55,737 bases of DNA, taken from positions 1 through 55,737 of the forward strand of contig CALELI010000144.1 of assembly GCA_937902455.1 (NCBI GenBank), written 5' to 3'. Source of the stretch: an uncultured Prevotellaceae bacterium. GTDB taxonomy: Bacteria > Bacteroidota > Bacteroidia > Bacteroidales > Bacteroidaceae. The notes under the pieces are model-generated. The model did not search any database. It had not been told where the DNA came from and saw only the letters and a list, made by a program, of their open reading frames with translations. Below, piece by piece: positions 46,101-55,012 of this stretch (its first letter is position 1; each line of letters starts with the position of its first letter). A program made the translations under genes and the position numbers.

Positions 46101-49100
46101 ATGAAAAAACTTCTTACTCTCATTGTGGCTATGGGAATGACTGTAGCCGTGAGTGCTCAGGATCTGCCGAAGGCTGTCTTCATGCTCGACTTCGAGGGCG
46201 TGACCAGTGCGGAGGCAATCGGGGCAGAACAGGTTGGCGACGGAGAATTCCGTGTGAGCGAAAACGCCAACTTCGGTACTTATTACCAGAACAAGCCTAA
46301 CGGTACGGAGAAGACTTCTCACGTCAACTACCTCATCGTGCCTTCCCAGGGCTTCATCAATGCTCAGGCACAGAACGGCCAGCAGGTTTCCATCTGTCTC
46401 TGGGTGAACGGTACGGTTGCAAACGCTATCGGTGTCGACCATTTCTATTCAACACTGATTTCGGCCTACAACTCAAGTAGCAGTTACAAGATGTGGCAGT
46501 GGCCTATGTTCAGTGCCCGTGCCAGAGGTACGTTGCAGATCAACTGTGGTGGATGGAGCGACTTCGTGGCAGGCGAAAGTGCAACAGGTGTCGTAGTCGA
46601 GAACAACGACTGGATCAAGAACAACGTTGGCGAGAACTTCGATGACAACTGGCATTTCGTTGCTATCGTCATTGACGGACAGAACTACAAGTACTACATC
46701 GACAATGTCATCGTAAACGAATGGAACACCAATGCCACGGAAGGTAGCAACAACTATCAGTTCACAACCGTGATGGATCAGCTCGACCAGATATATCTCG
46801 GCGACTGTGGTCCGTTCTGGCAGGATGAGGACCCAGCCTATGCATACGACGACGTTGCCATCTATCCTTCGGCACTCACTTCCGATGATATCCAGCTCAT
46901 CATGGACGTAAAGCAGGGCAAGCTTACTCCTGAAATACTTCTCATGGTTGCGAAGAACAAATACCAGGTTGCATTCGACGACCTCACAGCCTATGCAGGT
47001 CAGATTGGTGAGGACGGCTACACTCTGCTCGGCCAGACTCTCGATGACTATGCAATGGAATATACTATTGAGGAGGAAACCGTTGAGGCTTACAACAAGG
47101 GAGCAAACGACATGGCTGCAAAACTTGCAGAGGCACAGGCTGTCGTAAAGCAGTGTGAGGCATTCAAGGCTGAATGCGCAGCAATCGAGGCATTTGCCAA
47201 TGCAACTCAGTATCCAGGCTACGAGGCATTCATGAGTGCCCTGGGTCTTGCAACTCCAGATTATTCAGCCCTGACATCTGCAGAGCCTGTAGCTGAGGGC
47301 AAGGTAAAGCTTGCAGAGGCTAAGGCTGCATATCTCTTCTCACAGGAACTTCCTGCCGACGGTTCGGGTATCGTAGTCACAAAGATGATCCAGCACCCTT
47401 GGTTCGTGGAAGAGGCAATGGAGCCGACCCTTGACGAGAATGGCCTGGCAACATATCCTACTGACAATCCTGGTGCCTACCTCAACAACGGTGGCTGGGA
47501 GAACACAAGCACTGTCCCTGGTTCCGACTGTACGATGTACTACACTCAGGGACGTACCACATGGAACAACTTCCATTCATCAACAGTAGTGGGTGGAATC
47601 CTCGACATCCATCAGACAGTCGGAGGTCTCAAACCAGGCTACTACACAGTAAGTGCAGACATGGCAAGTAGTTCTGCTGCATCCGACAACCATGTATATG
47701 CATCAGCAAATGATGCCCTGCGCGTTTCTCCAGTCTTCTCAGGATTCGGATGGGATGCCGTGGAGACAGGTATTGCAAAGTGGGAAACCCTCACAACCGA
47801 CAAGATTTATGTAGGTGAGGACGGAACATTGCTTCTCGGAGCTACATCCACAACCAACGGAGATATGTACACTGGCTGGTATTGTGCAACTAATTTCGTC
47901 CTGACGTACTACGGAACGGACGTTGACCTGGACGCAGAACTTGCCGCCAAGGTTGAGCAGGCTAACAGCACCATTGCCGACATGCAGCTCGGAGGCGACA
48001 TAGCTAAGGCAAACGAACAGCTGAAGGCCGTCCTTGAAAGCAACATGACCGACTACGACAAGATTTCACAGATTTCTTCCTACATCACCGACGAATGGAA
48101 CAAGTGGATTGCAGCAGAGACGAGCTTCACTTCGCTTGACGATTTCACGGTATTTGCCGAGACTGAGGAGGATTCTGAACTTCAGGCAATCGAACTTGCA
48201 GTAATCAAGAACCTGAATGCAACTTTCTCCACAATCACTTACGACCAGCTTCCTAAAATCACTGACACATACAAGGAATTCGTGGTCTACTCTTCTATCG
48301 TGAAGGATGCAAAGGCGTGGGGCAAGACAGAAAAACTCGCCGAGCAGTTTGCTGCACTGAAGGGTGACTTCACTCTGGCAGACCTGAAAGGCTACGGCGA
48401 CGAACTCATCGGTCTCATGAAGGCTGACATCGCGTCAAAGGATGCTTCCAAGGAGAATCCGGTTGATGTGTCATTCCTTATCAAGAATGCTTCATTCCGC
48501 ACAAACGACAGCTACATGTGGGAAGGCGATGTCCCTGCTGTATCGTTCAACGAGGCTGAGTTCTTCAACAGGAACTTCGATATCCACCAGACTCTCACCG
48601 ACATGCCTAAGGGTATGTACCGTCTCGTTGCAAAGGGTTTCTACCGCGACGGTGCAAACGATGTGGCATTGCCTAAATATCCGGCAGCTACTGCCTACAA
48701 CGTAAAACTCTATCTCAATGATGCAGTGGGCAATCTCCATGCTTGGGCTTCCGACTCTCTCGTAGTGGCAGACGGCAGCGACCCTTACAGCGATGATGAC
48801 TATACTGAGTCGTTCATGGCATACTATCCTAACTCCATGTCAACCGGAGCACAGTACTTCGCTGACGGATATTATGCAGGCAGTTTCGCCGAATATGCTC
48901 ACGAAGAGGATGGCGACATCACTCTCGGTCTCAAGAAGCAGGCAACCATTGCTAACGACTGGGCTCTCTTCACTGACTTCGAACTCTATTATCTCGGCAA
49001 TGCCATGCCTTCACGTACAGATGACTATCGCGTCACTTGCGGTGAAGAAGGAAACGTAGACTATGCATTCTGGGAAGTATTCTCTGACTACTATACTCTC

Positions 49101-50108
49101 AAGAACGGCAACACAGCACACTTCCAGTTCACCAACAACAGCGACATGGTGAACAACTGGGACAACTGGATTCTCGTGGCAGCCAACGGCGAGAGAGGCA
49201 GTGAAGGCTACAAGGAGTACTTCGTTCTCCGTGCCGACAACTACGGCTGGGGCGATCTCTACGGAACAGGTACACTCGTATGCGACTACAACTGGGATAC
49301 ATTCAAGCAGGACATGAATGGTGCAGAAGTCGACATGAACGTCACTTACAAGAACGGCATGGCCGACATGGTAGCAACCATCGTGACAGTTGACGGCAAG
49401 ACCTATCACTACTCTGCAACTGGTTTCACAGGCATCACAGATGAGGAAATCACACTCTTCTTCACTACCGAGAAGGCTAATCTCCAGAATGGCATAGCCA
49501 ACTATCTCGTCACTTGCGGCGAAGCAGGAAACGTAAGCTACGGATTCTGGGAAGTATTCTCCGACTACTACACTCTCAAGAACGATCACACAGCACACTT
49601 CCAGTTCACTAACTACAGTGACATGGTAAATAACTGGGACAACTGGCTTCTCGTGGCAGCCAACGGTGAGAGAGGCAGTGAGGGCTACAAGGAGTACTTC
49701 GTTCTCCGTGCCGACAACTACGGCTGGGGCGACCTCTACGGAACAGGCTCACTCGTATGCGACTACAACTGGGATACATTCAAGCAGGACATGAATGGTG
49801 CAGCAGTCGACATGAACGTAACTTACAGCAACGGCAAGGTCGACATGGTGGCAACCATCGTGACAGCCGACGACAGTAAGTCATACAACTACTCTGCAAC
49901 TGGTTTCGCAGGCATCACCGACGAAGAAATCACACTCTTCTTCACTACTGAGAAAGCCAACCTCCAGGGCGAGTACGTAACAGCCATTGACGACGTTCCG
50001 TCAGTCATCCCTGCAAGCACTACTGCTTATAACCTCCAGGGACAGGTTGTCGGAGCCGACTACAAGGGCATCGTCATCCAGAACGGCAAGAAAATGCTGA
50101 AGAAGTAA
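46101..50108 (+). CDS. Large T9SS-secreted protein: LamG/concanavalin-like N-domain, helical linker, beta-sandwich/CBM-like domains, tandem 159-aa repeat, and C-terminal sorting domain
   Basis: The likely start is MKKLLTLIVAMGMTVAVSAQ (the track start 46056 is a TTG). The LamG-like block is ...NWHFVAIVIDGQNYKYYIDNVIVNEW.... The CTD is ...AYNLQGQVVGADYKGIVIQNGKKMLKK. Confidence 0.8.
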   Translation: MKKLLTLIVAMGMTVAVSAQDLPKAVFMLDFEGVTSAEAIGAEQVGDGEFRVSENANFGTYYQNKPNGTEKTSHVNYLIVPSQGFINAQAQNGQQVSICLWVNGTVANAIGVDHFYSTLISAYNSSSSYKMWQWPMFSARARGTLQINCGGWSDFVAGESATGVVVENNDWIKNNVGENFDDNWHFVAIVIDGQNYKYYIDNVIVNEWNTNATEGSNNYQFTTVMDQLDQIYLGDCGPFWQDEDPAYAYDDVAIYPSALTSDDIQLIMDVKQGKLTPEILLMVAKNKYQVAFDDLTAYAGQIGEDGYTLLGQTLDDYAMEYTIEEETVEAYNKGANDMAAKLAEAQAVVKQCEAFKAECAAIEAFANATQYPGYEAFMSALGLATPDYSALTSAEPVAEGKVKLAEAKAAYLFSQELPADGSGIVVTKMIQHPWFVEEAMEPTLDENGLATYPTDNPGAYLNNGGWENTSTVPGSDCTMYYTQGRTTWNNFHSSTVVGGILDIHQTVGGLKPGYYTVSADMASSSAASDNHVYASANDALRVSPVFSGFGWDAVETGIAKWETLTTDKIYVGEDGTLLLGATSTTNGDMYTGWYCATNFVLTYYGTDVDLDAELAAKVEQANSTIADMQLGGDIAKANEQLKAVLESNMTDYDKISQISSYITDEWNKWIAAETSFTSLDDFTVFAETEEDSELQAIELAVIKNLNATFSTITYDQLPKITDTYKEFVVYSSIVKDAKAWGKTEKLAEQFAALKGDFTLADLKGYGDELIGLMKADIASKDASKENPVDVSFLIKNASFRTNDSYMWEGDVPAVSFNEAEFFNRNFDIHQTLTDMPKGMYRLVAKGFYRDGANDVALPKYPAATAYNVKLYLNDAVGNLHAWASDSLVVADGSDPYSDDDYTESFMAYYPNSMSTGAQYFADGYYAGSFAEYAHEEDGDITLGLKKQATIANDWALFTDFELYYLGNAMPSRTDDYRVTCGEEGNVDYAFWEVFSDYYTLKNGNTAHFQFTNNSDMVNNWDNWILVAANGERGSEGYKEYFVLRADNYGWGDLYGTGTLVCDYNWDTFKQDMNGAEVDMNVTYKNGMADMVATIVTVDGKTYHYSATGFTGITDEEITLFFTTEKANLQNGIANYLVTCGEAGNVSYGFWEVFSDYYTLKNDHTAHFQFTNYSDMVNNWDNWLLVAANGERGSEGYKEYFVLRADNYGWGDLYGTGSLVCDYNWDTFKQDMNGAAVDMNVTYSNGKVDMVATIVTADDSKSYNYSATGFAGITDEEITLFFTTEKANLQGEYVTAIDDVPSVIPASTTAYNLQGQVVGADYKGIVIQNGKKMLKK
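49021..49974 (+). repeat. In-frame tandem duplication, 2 x 477 bp (159 aa), inside the large T9SS gene
   Basis: cgtcacttgc at 49031 recurs at 49508. Both copies encode ...VTCGE.GNV.Y.FWEVFSDYYTLKN..TAHFQFTN.SDMVNNWDNW.LVAANGERGSEGYKEYFVLRADNYGWGDLYGTG.LVCDYNWDTFKQDMNGA.VDMNVTY..., and most residues are identical. Confidence 0.92.
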
Positions 50109-50133
50109 TTCACACAGACAAACATCACATTGA

Positions 50134-50163
50134 GGGCAGTCTTTCAGGAGGCTGCCCTTTTTC
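50134..50163 (+). terminator. Rho-independent terminator of the large T9SS gene
   Basis: The stem is gggcag/ctgccc followed by ttttt, 26 nt after the stop codon. Confidence 0.7.
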
Positions 50164-50288
50164 TTGCGCTTGTCTGCCACTGATATAGCGCAGACATTAC
50201 CGTGCGTGAATGCTTGTATTATCAGCCTTGAACGCACGCTTTATCTGTCTTGTACTGAGGCTTTTTACAGTTTGAGCTGAGGCTTAGT

Positions 50289-50350
50289 CTGAAAGATAGT
50301 TATCTTCATGGCGAAAGATAACTATCTTCATGCCGTAAGATAACTATTTA
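50289..50350. repeat. Array of three AAGATA-NN-TATCTT units at a 22-bp period, with mixed centre orientation (GT, AC, AC)
   Basis: Units lie at 50293-50306 (GT), 50315-50328 (AC) and 50337-50350 (AC, degenerate). The leader tgtactgagg...tagtctgaaagatag resembles the leader at 19858. Confidence 0.88.
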
Positions 50351-50362
50351 AAGTTTCGGATG

Positions 50363-50396
50363 TTTTTAAACATTAATGACCATTAATGTTTTAAAA
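50363..50396. repeat. Near-perfect palindrome built on CATTAATG (tttaaacattaatg-ac-cattaatgtttt aaa)
   Basis: The arms at 50365-50378 and 50381-50396 are reverse complements apart from one extra t. Confidence 0.8.
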
Positions 50397-50636
50397 TAAA
50401 GGGAATGATATACATGTTGACTAATTGATGCCCGAATATATTATACGACCTTTGTTTAACTGAACATGCAGACATTTTAATCGCAGAGAAAATCTTGCCT
50501 TGTCAGGTCTGCATCAGCATGTTGCTGTAATCCTCAAAACTCGCAAGGCTCGCTTTGGTCTTACATCCTCATGCTTATGCAAAACATCCCTGATGTTTCA
50601 AGATTTTTGCAGAGAAGCAGAGATGTCGCAGAGAAG

Positions 50637-50670
50637 TTCCTCCCCTTAAAAGGGGAGGTTAGGTAGGGTC
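50637..50670. repeat. REP-like hairpin element, inverted identical copy of 7644..7677
   Basis: ttcctccccttaaaaggggaggttaggtagggtc is the exact reverse complement of 7644-7677. Confidence 0.85.
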
Positions 50671-50857
50671 ATTCTTTGCGATCCCTCTGCGCCTCTGCGA
50701 TGCAACTCGTAGGTTTTTGTGAGCAAAAACTAATATATGGCTTGGTGTAATTAATTATTCAAGTTCCCACTACACACCACTTCACAAACACAGGGGTTTT
50801 ACGAATGAGTCCATTTTTGTGGGGAAAACAGGTGGGTGCAGGTGTTTTTTAACAGCA

Positions 50858-50883
50858 AAGAGCAGGCAAATTGCCTGCTCTTT
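50858..50883. terminator. Perfect 26-bp palindrome/hairpin downstream of cassette B (probable terminator of the LRR-small ORF unit)
   Basis: aaagagcaggcaa/ttgcctgctcttt, about 50 nt after the stop of the 59-aa ORF. There is no canonical T-run on the minus strand. Confidence 0.4.
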
Positions 50884-50932
50884 GGGTATTGAGGACGTCC
50901 GACTGTTGCTGTGTCGGTCGTGCGTGTCGCTG

Positions 50933-51112
50933 TTACCATTCTTCTGCGCCGCCGAAGGACTCGTTGCCGAAGAGGTCGGATGAGATGTCCTCAAAGTCCT
51001 TGATGTCGGCATCATGTGTTGCATCACCACCAATTGGAATACTTGCTTCCATGATATGCTCGCAAACGACAACTGAAGCTACGATTGCCGGTTTGAAATA
51101 GTTCTTTTTCAT
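50933..51112 (-). CDS. 59-aa acidic small protein, paralog of 39..218 (MKKNYFKPAIVASVVVCEHIMEASIPIGGDATHDADIKDFEDISSDLFGNESFGGAEEW)
   Basis: The internal Met of track ORF 50933-51148 gives the same length, the same N-terminus MKKNY..P and the same C-terminus AEEW as cassette A. It lies 39 bp after the LRR gene stop. Confidence 0.6.
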   Translation of the reverse strand: MKKNYFKPAIVASVVVCEHIMEASIPIGGDATHDADIKDFEDISSDLFGNESFGGAEEW

Positions 51113-51151
51113 ATCAATAACTTTCTTTTTAGCCGTTAATACATACATTGG

Positions 51152-53971
51152 TTATTTGGCAAGCTTCTTCACACCGTTCTGGATGTAAACCTGACCCTTG
51201 GCTGGTGCTGCAATCTGACGGCCCATGAGGTCGAACATTGGAGCGTTGAGTGAGTTGGCCTTTACATTCTCGATTGCAGTTGCATCCTCGTCGTCGAGAA
51301 CTACGAACTTGACAAGACCGTAAGGATTAGTCTGACCTTTATATGTCATATAGAACCTGTAGGCATTGACACCGAGATTTGTCTTACCTTTATAGTTGTC
51401 AAGCTTACCACCTGACAATGCATACCAGTCTGCTTCTTCTTTTTCTACACCAGTCTTTCTTGCATAGATACCAGTAAATGTAAACTGATTCTGTACGTTG
51501 CCGACAGTTATTTTATTTTCTCCAACGGTATTCTGGATTGCATCTGCTTCGAAAGTTAATTCCTTGGCGGCAGTAGCCTGGATTACATAAGGAGTATTGG
51601 CCTTAATTACTGTTCCTTGCTTTCCGACTGCCACTTCCTTCAGTTCAATTGAGGTTGTTCCGTCTGCAGTGAAATCACTCTGTTTAGTATCATAGATGTA
51701 GTAGAACTTAAAGTCTTCGCTTCCTGTGTAGGTATAGTCGAATGGCACATACCAAGCCTGGAAGTTGGTATTCTTGAAGTCACGGATATACTGAACCTTA
51801 GGAGCGCCCTTTTCTGGAACACCTGTTACAGAGACCTTGGCAATATCGCCTGCGTCCTTAAGCTGATAAATCCGAGCACCCTTTTGGTCATCGATTGTAG
51901 CAATACGGATTTCCTTTGCTTTTTCTTCATTCTTAGTAACATTTACCGTAAAAGTGTTGTCGAAGAACAGTTTCCAACCATTTTGGAGAAGATAATCCTC
52001 TCTTGTAGCTTCTGTGACATTGAGAAGAGCTGTGAAAGTACTATCCTTTGCATAGAATGCATCCTCTGGAATTGCGAACAAATTCTTAGCAGCATAACTT
52101 ACATTTACTTTCTTAAGTGTTTGTGTGGCGAAAGCACTTTCACCAATTGTTTTAAGGCTTGCTGGAAGAGTTACTTCTGTAATCTTTGTATTTGCGAATG
52201 CTGATGCTCCGACTTCTTCGATGCCATCACCTAACGCAACAGCTGTAAGATCCATACAGTTTGCAAGTGCTCCTGCAGGAATTGCAGTATACCCTGTTAC
52301 TTCAATGCCATCGAATGATGCTTTAGGAGAGAAGGTAATCTTAGTAACCTTAACGGCCTTTTTATCATTATCTTGAGCTGTAACAGTTTCAGCGAAACCG
52401 TCTACCTTGAAATAAAGATTGTAGGTATAACTACCCTTTTTGGAAGTCGTCCTGAGTAATCCATTGACTGTAGGCTCTGCTGCTTTGTAGTTTGTAACTT
52501 TTATTGGAATAAGACCTGTAGACTCATCGGCTGCTCCTGCGTTACCATAAACGATATCATTATATTCAATTCCACCAATGGTATTCAAAACTGAAACATA
52601 TTGAACATTTTTCCAACCTTTGGCATCATATACACTCTTCGATGTCTTTGTGACTTTATTATCTACCCATGCAGGGACAACAGGAACGTATGTTGCATCA
52701 ACTGTCAAATTAGTTTGCTCGTCTAATGTCGGAACATCACCAACGTTAAATTTAGGATTTACAAAAATCTGGTTAATCTTTCTGTTGCCTATTCCGTCCT
52801 TACCGATAGACTTAAGCGATGCTGGGAGATAGAGGTCTTTTTGAATAAGTGTTCCTTCCCATGGAGTACTACTACACAATCCACCGTCCCCTATCTGTAC
52901 AAGACCTTCTGGAAGAGTAATTGCGGCAATACTATGTCCATTGAATGCATTTTTGCCAATTATTGTACATCCTTTCGGAAGAGTAAGTTTAGTTAGACTG
53001 TAGTTACCGCAGAATGCTTCTTCTGGTATTACTGTAATGGCAGATTTCTCAAGATCAATATTTGTTAAAGAACAGCCGTAGAAGGAACCTTTGGAATATG
53101 TAAGACCTTCAAAAGATTTGAAGAGGTTTTTGAATGTGGCATCATCCATATAGCAATATTGGAATGCATATTCTCCAACTTCCGTGATGCGTGCTCCTTC
53201 TGCATAGGCGGAGAATTGAATCTTGTTGAGATTATTACAGTAATAAAATGCAAAATCACCGATAGTCTTCAGTGTCTTAGGAAGGAAATAGGTACCATTG
53301 TCAACATAGCCAAAGTTAGTCAAACCACCACGCCACTTTAATGCACCGACACCTACCTCTGTAAGAACATCCTCCATACCTGCGTGTGAGAATACGATGG
53401 CCTTGATGTCATATGTAGGCTCATCTGCACCGAAAATTTCATCTTCCAGTTTTGTTACCTTGCCCATGTTAATCACTGCGTCATAAGCAAATTTTGCATT
53501 ATGGAATGCGCCCTTTGGAAGGAGTTTGCAGACGGCAGAGAAATCGATTTCTGTTCCAAGTTGCGTAACTGTAGTGCCATCAAATGCATACTCTCCGATG
53601 GATGTAAGATGTTTGAGAGTCTTGTCTGCAAAACGAAGTGTCTGATTCTTCAATGCGTAGTAACCCAGTTCTGTGACTGTTTCAGGAATATCTACGCTAT
53701 CTGGAATGGTGGCATTTGCAAAAGCGAAGTTACCAATCTTAGTGATTGTGTAAATTTTGTCATCGTACTTTACCTTTCCCCGTACACTCTTTTTGTCGAT
53801 TGTTACAGAGCTGATGTTACTTGCAGCGGTCAAGAGCTCAACTTTCAGATTTTCTTTGTCGGTCACTTGATAGTAGTTACCGGCCTCATCCTTGAAGTTT
53901 TGTGCCCAAGTGCTAATGCTCATCATACTCATAAGAGCGAGAGCACCAAAACGTAAAATTGATTTTTTCAT
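51152..53971 (-). CDS. BspA-type leucine-rich-repeat surface protein with signal peptide and T9SS C-terminal sorting domain (paralog of 258..3677)
   Basis: 939 aa. The N-terminus MKKSILRFGALALMSMMSI and the C-terminus ...LNAPMFDLMGRQIAAPAKGQVYIQNGVKKLAK are essentially identical to the paralog. LRR_5-type repeats fill the middle. Confidence 0.85.
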   Translation of the reverse strand: MKKSILRFGALALMSMMSISTWAQNFKDEAGNYYQVTDKENLKVELLTAASNISSVTIDKKSVRGKVKYDDKIYTITKIGNFAFANATIPDSVDIPETVTELGYYALKNQTLRFADKTLKHLTSIGEYAFDGTTVTQLGTEIDFSAVCKLLPKGAFHNAKFAYDAVINMGKVTKLEDEIFGADEPTYDIKAIVFSHAGMEDVLTEVGVGALKWRGGLTNFGYVDNGTYFLPKTLKTIGDFAFYYCNNLNKIQFSAYAEGARITEVGEYAFQYCYMDDATFKNLFKSFEGLTYSKGSFYGCSLTNIDLEKSAITVIPEEAFCGNYSLTKLTLPKGCTIIGKNAFNGHSIAAITLPEGLVQIGDGGLCSSTPWEGTLIQKDLYLPASLKSIGKDGIGNRKINQIFVNPKFNVGDVPTLDEQTNLTVDATYVPVVPAWVDNKVTKTSKSVYDAKGWKNVQYVSVLNTIGGIEYNDIVYGNAGAADESTGLIPIKVTNYKAAEPTVNGLLRTTSKKGSYTYNLYFKVDGFAETVTAQDNDKKAVKVTKITFSPKASFDGIEVTGYTAIPAGALANCMDLTAVALGDGIEEVGASAFANTKITEVTLPASLKTIGESAFATQTLKKVNVSYAAKNLFAIPEDAFYAKDSTFTALLNVTEATREDYLLQNGWKLFFDNTFTVNVTKNEEKAKEIRIATIDDQKGARIYQLKDAGDIAKVSVTGVPEKGAPKVQYIRDFKNTNFQAWYVPFDYTYTGSEDFKFYYIYDTKQSDFTADGTTSIELKEVAVGKQGTVIKANTPYVIQATAAKELTFEADAIQNTVGENKITVGNVQNQFTFTGIYARKTGVEKEEADWYALSGGKLDNYKGKTNLGVNAYRFYMTYKGQTNPYGLVKFVVLDDEDATAIENVKANSLNAPMFDLMGRQIAAPAKGQVYIQNGVKKLAK

Positions 53972-54184
53972 GTTTTAAAAAATTTAGTTGAACGAAATTG
54001 TTAATAAACACTTAATATTATGTTGTTAATACCTTATTATGCTGTTTACACCTTATATATTATATATAGCATGGCTTCATCATTGATGGCTTCATGTTCC
54101 GTCATCGCGCTGTATCGTCATAATGCAGTGAATCCGGCCGACTCGCACCGTGTGCAGCCCGCCGTACATGTGTCCAGTGTGTAC

Positions 54185-54192
54185 CAAATCTA
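54185..54192 (-). promoter_or_regulatory. Candidate -7 box TAGATTTG for LRR paralog B (the same conserved block as 3907..3914)
   Basis: Identical surrounding sequence gtgtccagtgtgtaccaaatctattgtcattttctcatatat. Confidence 0.4.
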
Positions 54193-54590
54193 TTGTCATT
54201 TTCTCATATATATATGCATTGTCCTTTCGTCTCCGGCCATCATCCAGCACCCTCGAGTTTCAGTGCCCATTATTCGACCGTTTAATTCGTGATTCACCCC
54301 CAACACAGTACCTTGTAGGGCACATTCCAATGACTCGAAAATGCCCATTTTTGTACATAATTGCCCTCAAACCCCACTACAGGCCCTTCTGAGCGGGGTC
54401 GGCTTTGTTCCAAAAATGCCCGGAAAATGGGGTCGTCACTGTCCGCATTGACCATGTGTCTTTTTCACGCAAAACGAGGATTATCAGTCGGTAAGTACTC
54501 TGACTTGAGCAAGAACTTGCATCCTTGCGCCGTAACAGTACATGGTTTCAAGTGTTCAGCATAATTTCAGTGGCTCACGAAACAAAAAAT

Positions 54591-54665
54591 CACGTCACCC
54601 CGACTTTTTTACAATCAGAAATTCTTCGCAAACGAATCTCAGAATGTAAAAAACAGGGTGACGTG
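54591..54665 (-). other. Long interrupted hairpin (10 + 9 bp stems, 31-nt loop) followed by a T-run on the minus strand. It could be a terminator or a structured RNA 3' end.
   Basis: cacgtcaccc/gggtgacgtg and ttttttaca/tgtaaaaaa. The minus strand continues attttttgttt. Confidence 0.3.
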
Positions 54666-54817
54666 TCATTAATTCCCCCACAGGATTTCTGTAGGCGCAG
54701 GCTTACCATGGCGATTACGGTCAGACGTGCATGATATACGTGTCTTCATGTCCACATGGAACAGGCAACTCTGTGTCCTTGAACTGATGTCTGGTCGAAG
54801 ACGATGGGAGGCTTATT

Positions 54818-54839
54818 GTGTAAGATAACTATCTTTCAG
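54818..54839. repeat. Single AAGATA-AC-TATCTT unit with a ttcag cap (same family as 19874..19961, opposite orientation)
   Basis: The unit is at 54822-54835. The nearby catcagttcaagg (reverse complement of 54777-54789) also follows the array at 19971-19983. Confidence 0.8.
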
Positions 54840-55012
54840 AATATGTGTCGGCTCAGGTGGGAACGAATCTCAGGTAAGGAAAGAGCGCACCTTCGCTCGT
54901 GTTGGAGTGGAAGTGCGCTCTTGTCCTTACAGTTCCGGGATATTGAATACGCTTATCTTGCTGATAATCGGTTCGGCCTTGGTGTCGGGCTGCTACATGC
55001 TTGTGTGCGGGA

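Larger units (their letters stand above)
50895..54290. repeat. Cassette B of the duplicated unit. It is a direct repeat of 1..4010.
   Basis: See cassette A. The conserved blocks are 50895-50949, ~51152-51255, ~53915-53971 and 53972-54290. Confidence 0.85.

Noticed and set aside
4011-50894. The ~47-kb interval between the two direct cassette repeats as a composite mobile element or genomic island
   Set aside because: The content is overwhelmingly single-copy core metabolism and envelope biosynthesis (cysS, frdCAB, murF-alr, ddl, rluD, etfAB). No conjugation, phage or transposase genes are present. The repeats are better explained as paralogous gene cassettes.
54874-54930. The 17-bp-stem hairpin after the AAA-ATPase/PDDEXK gene as a canonical intrinsic terminator
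   Set aside because: There is no T-run after the stem on the transcribed (minus) strand, and the loop is 22 nt. It may still stabilise the mRNA 3' end, but the evidence is insufficient to call it a terminator.
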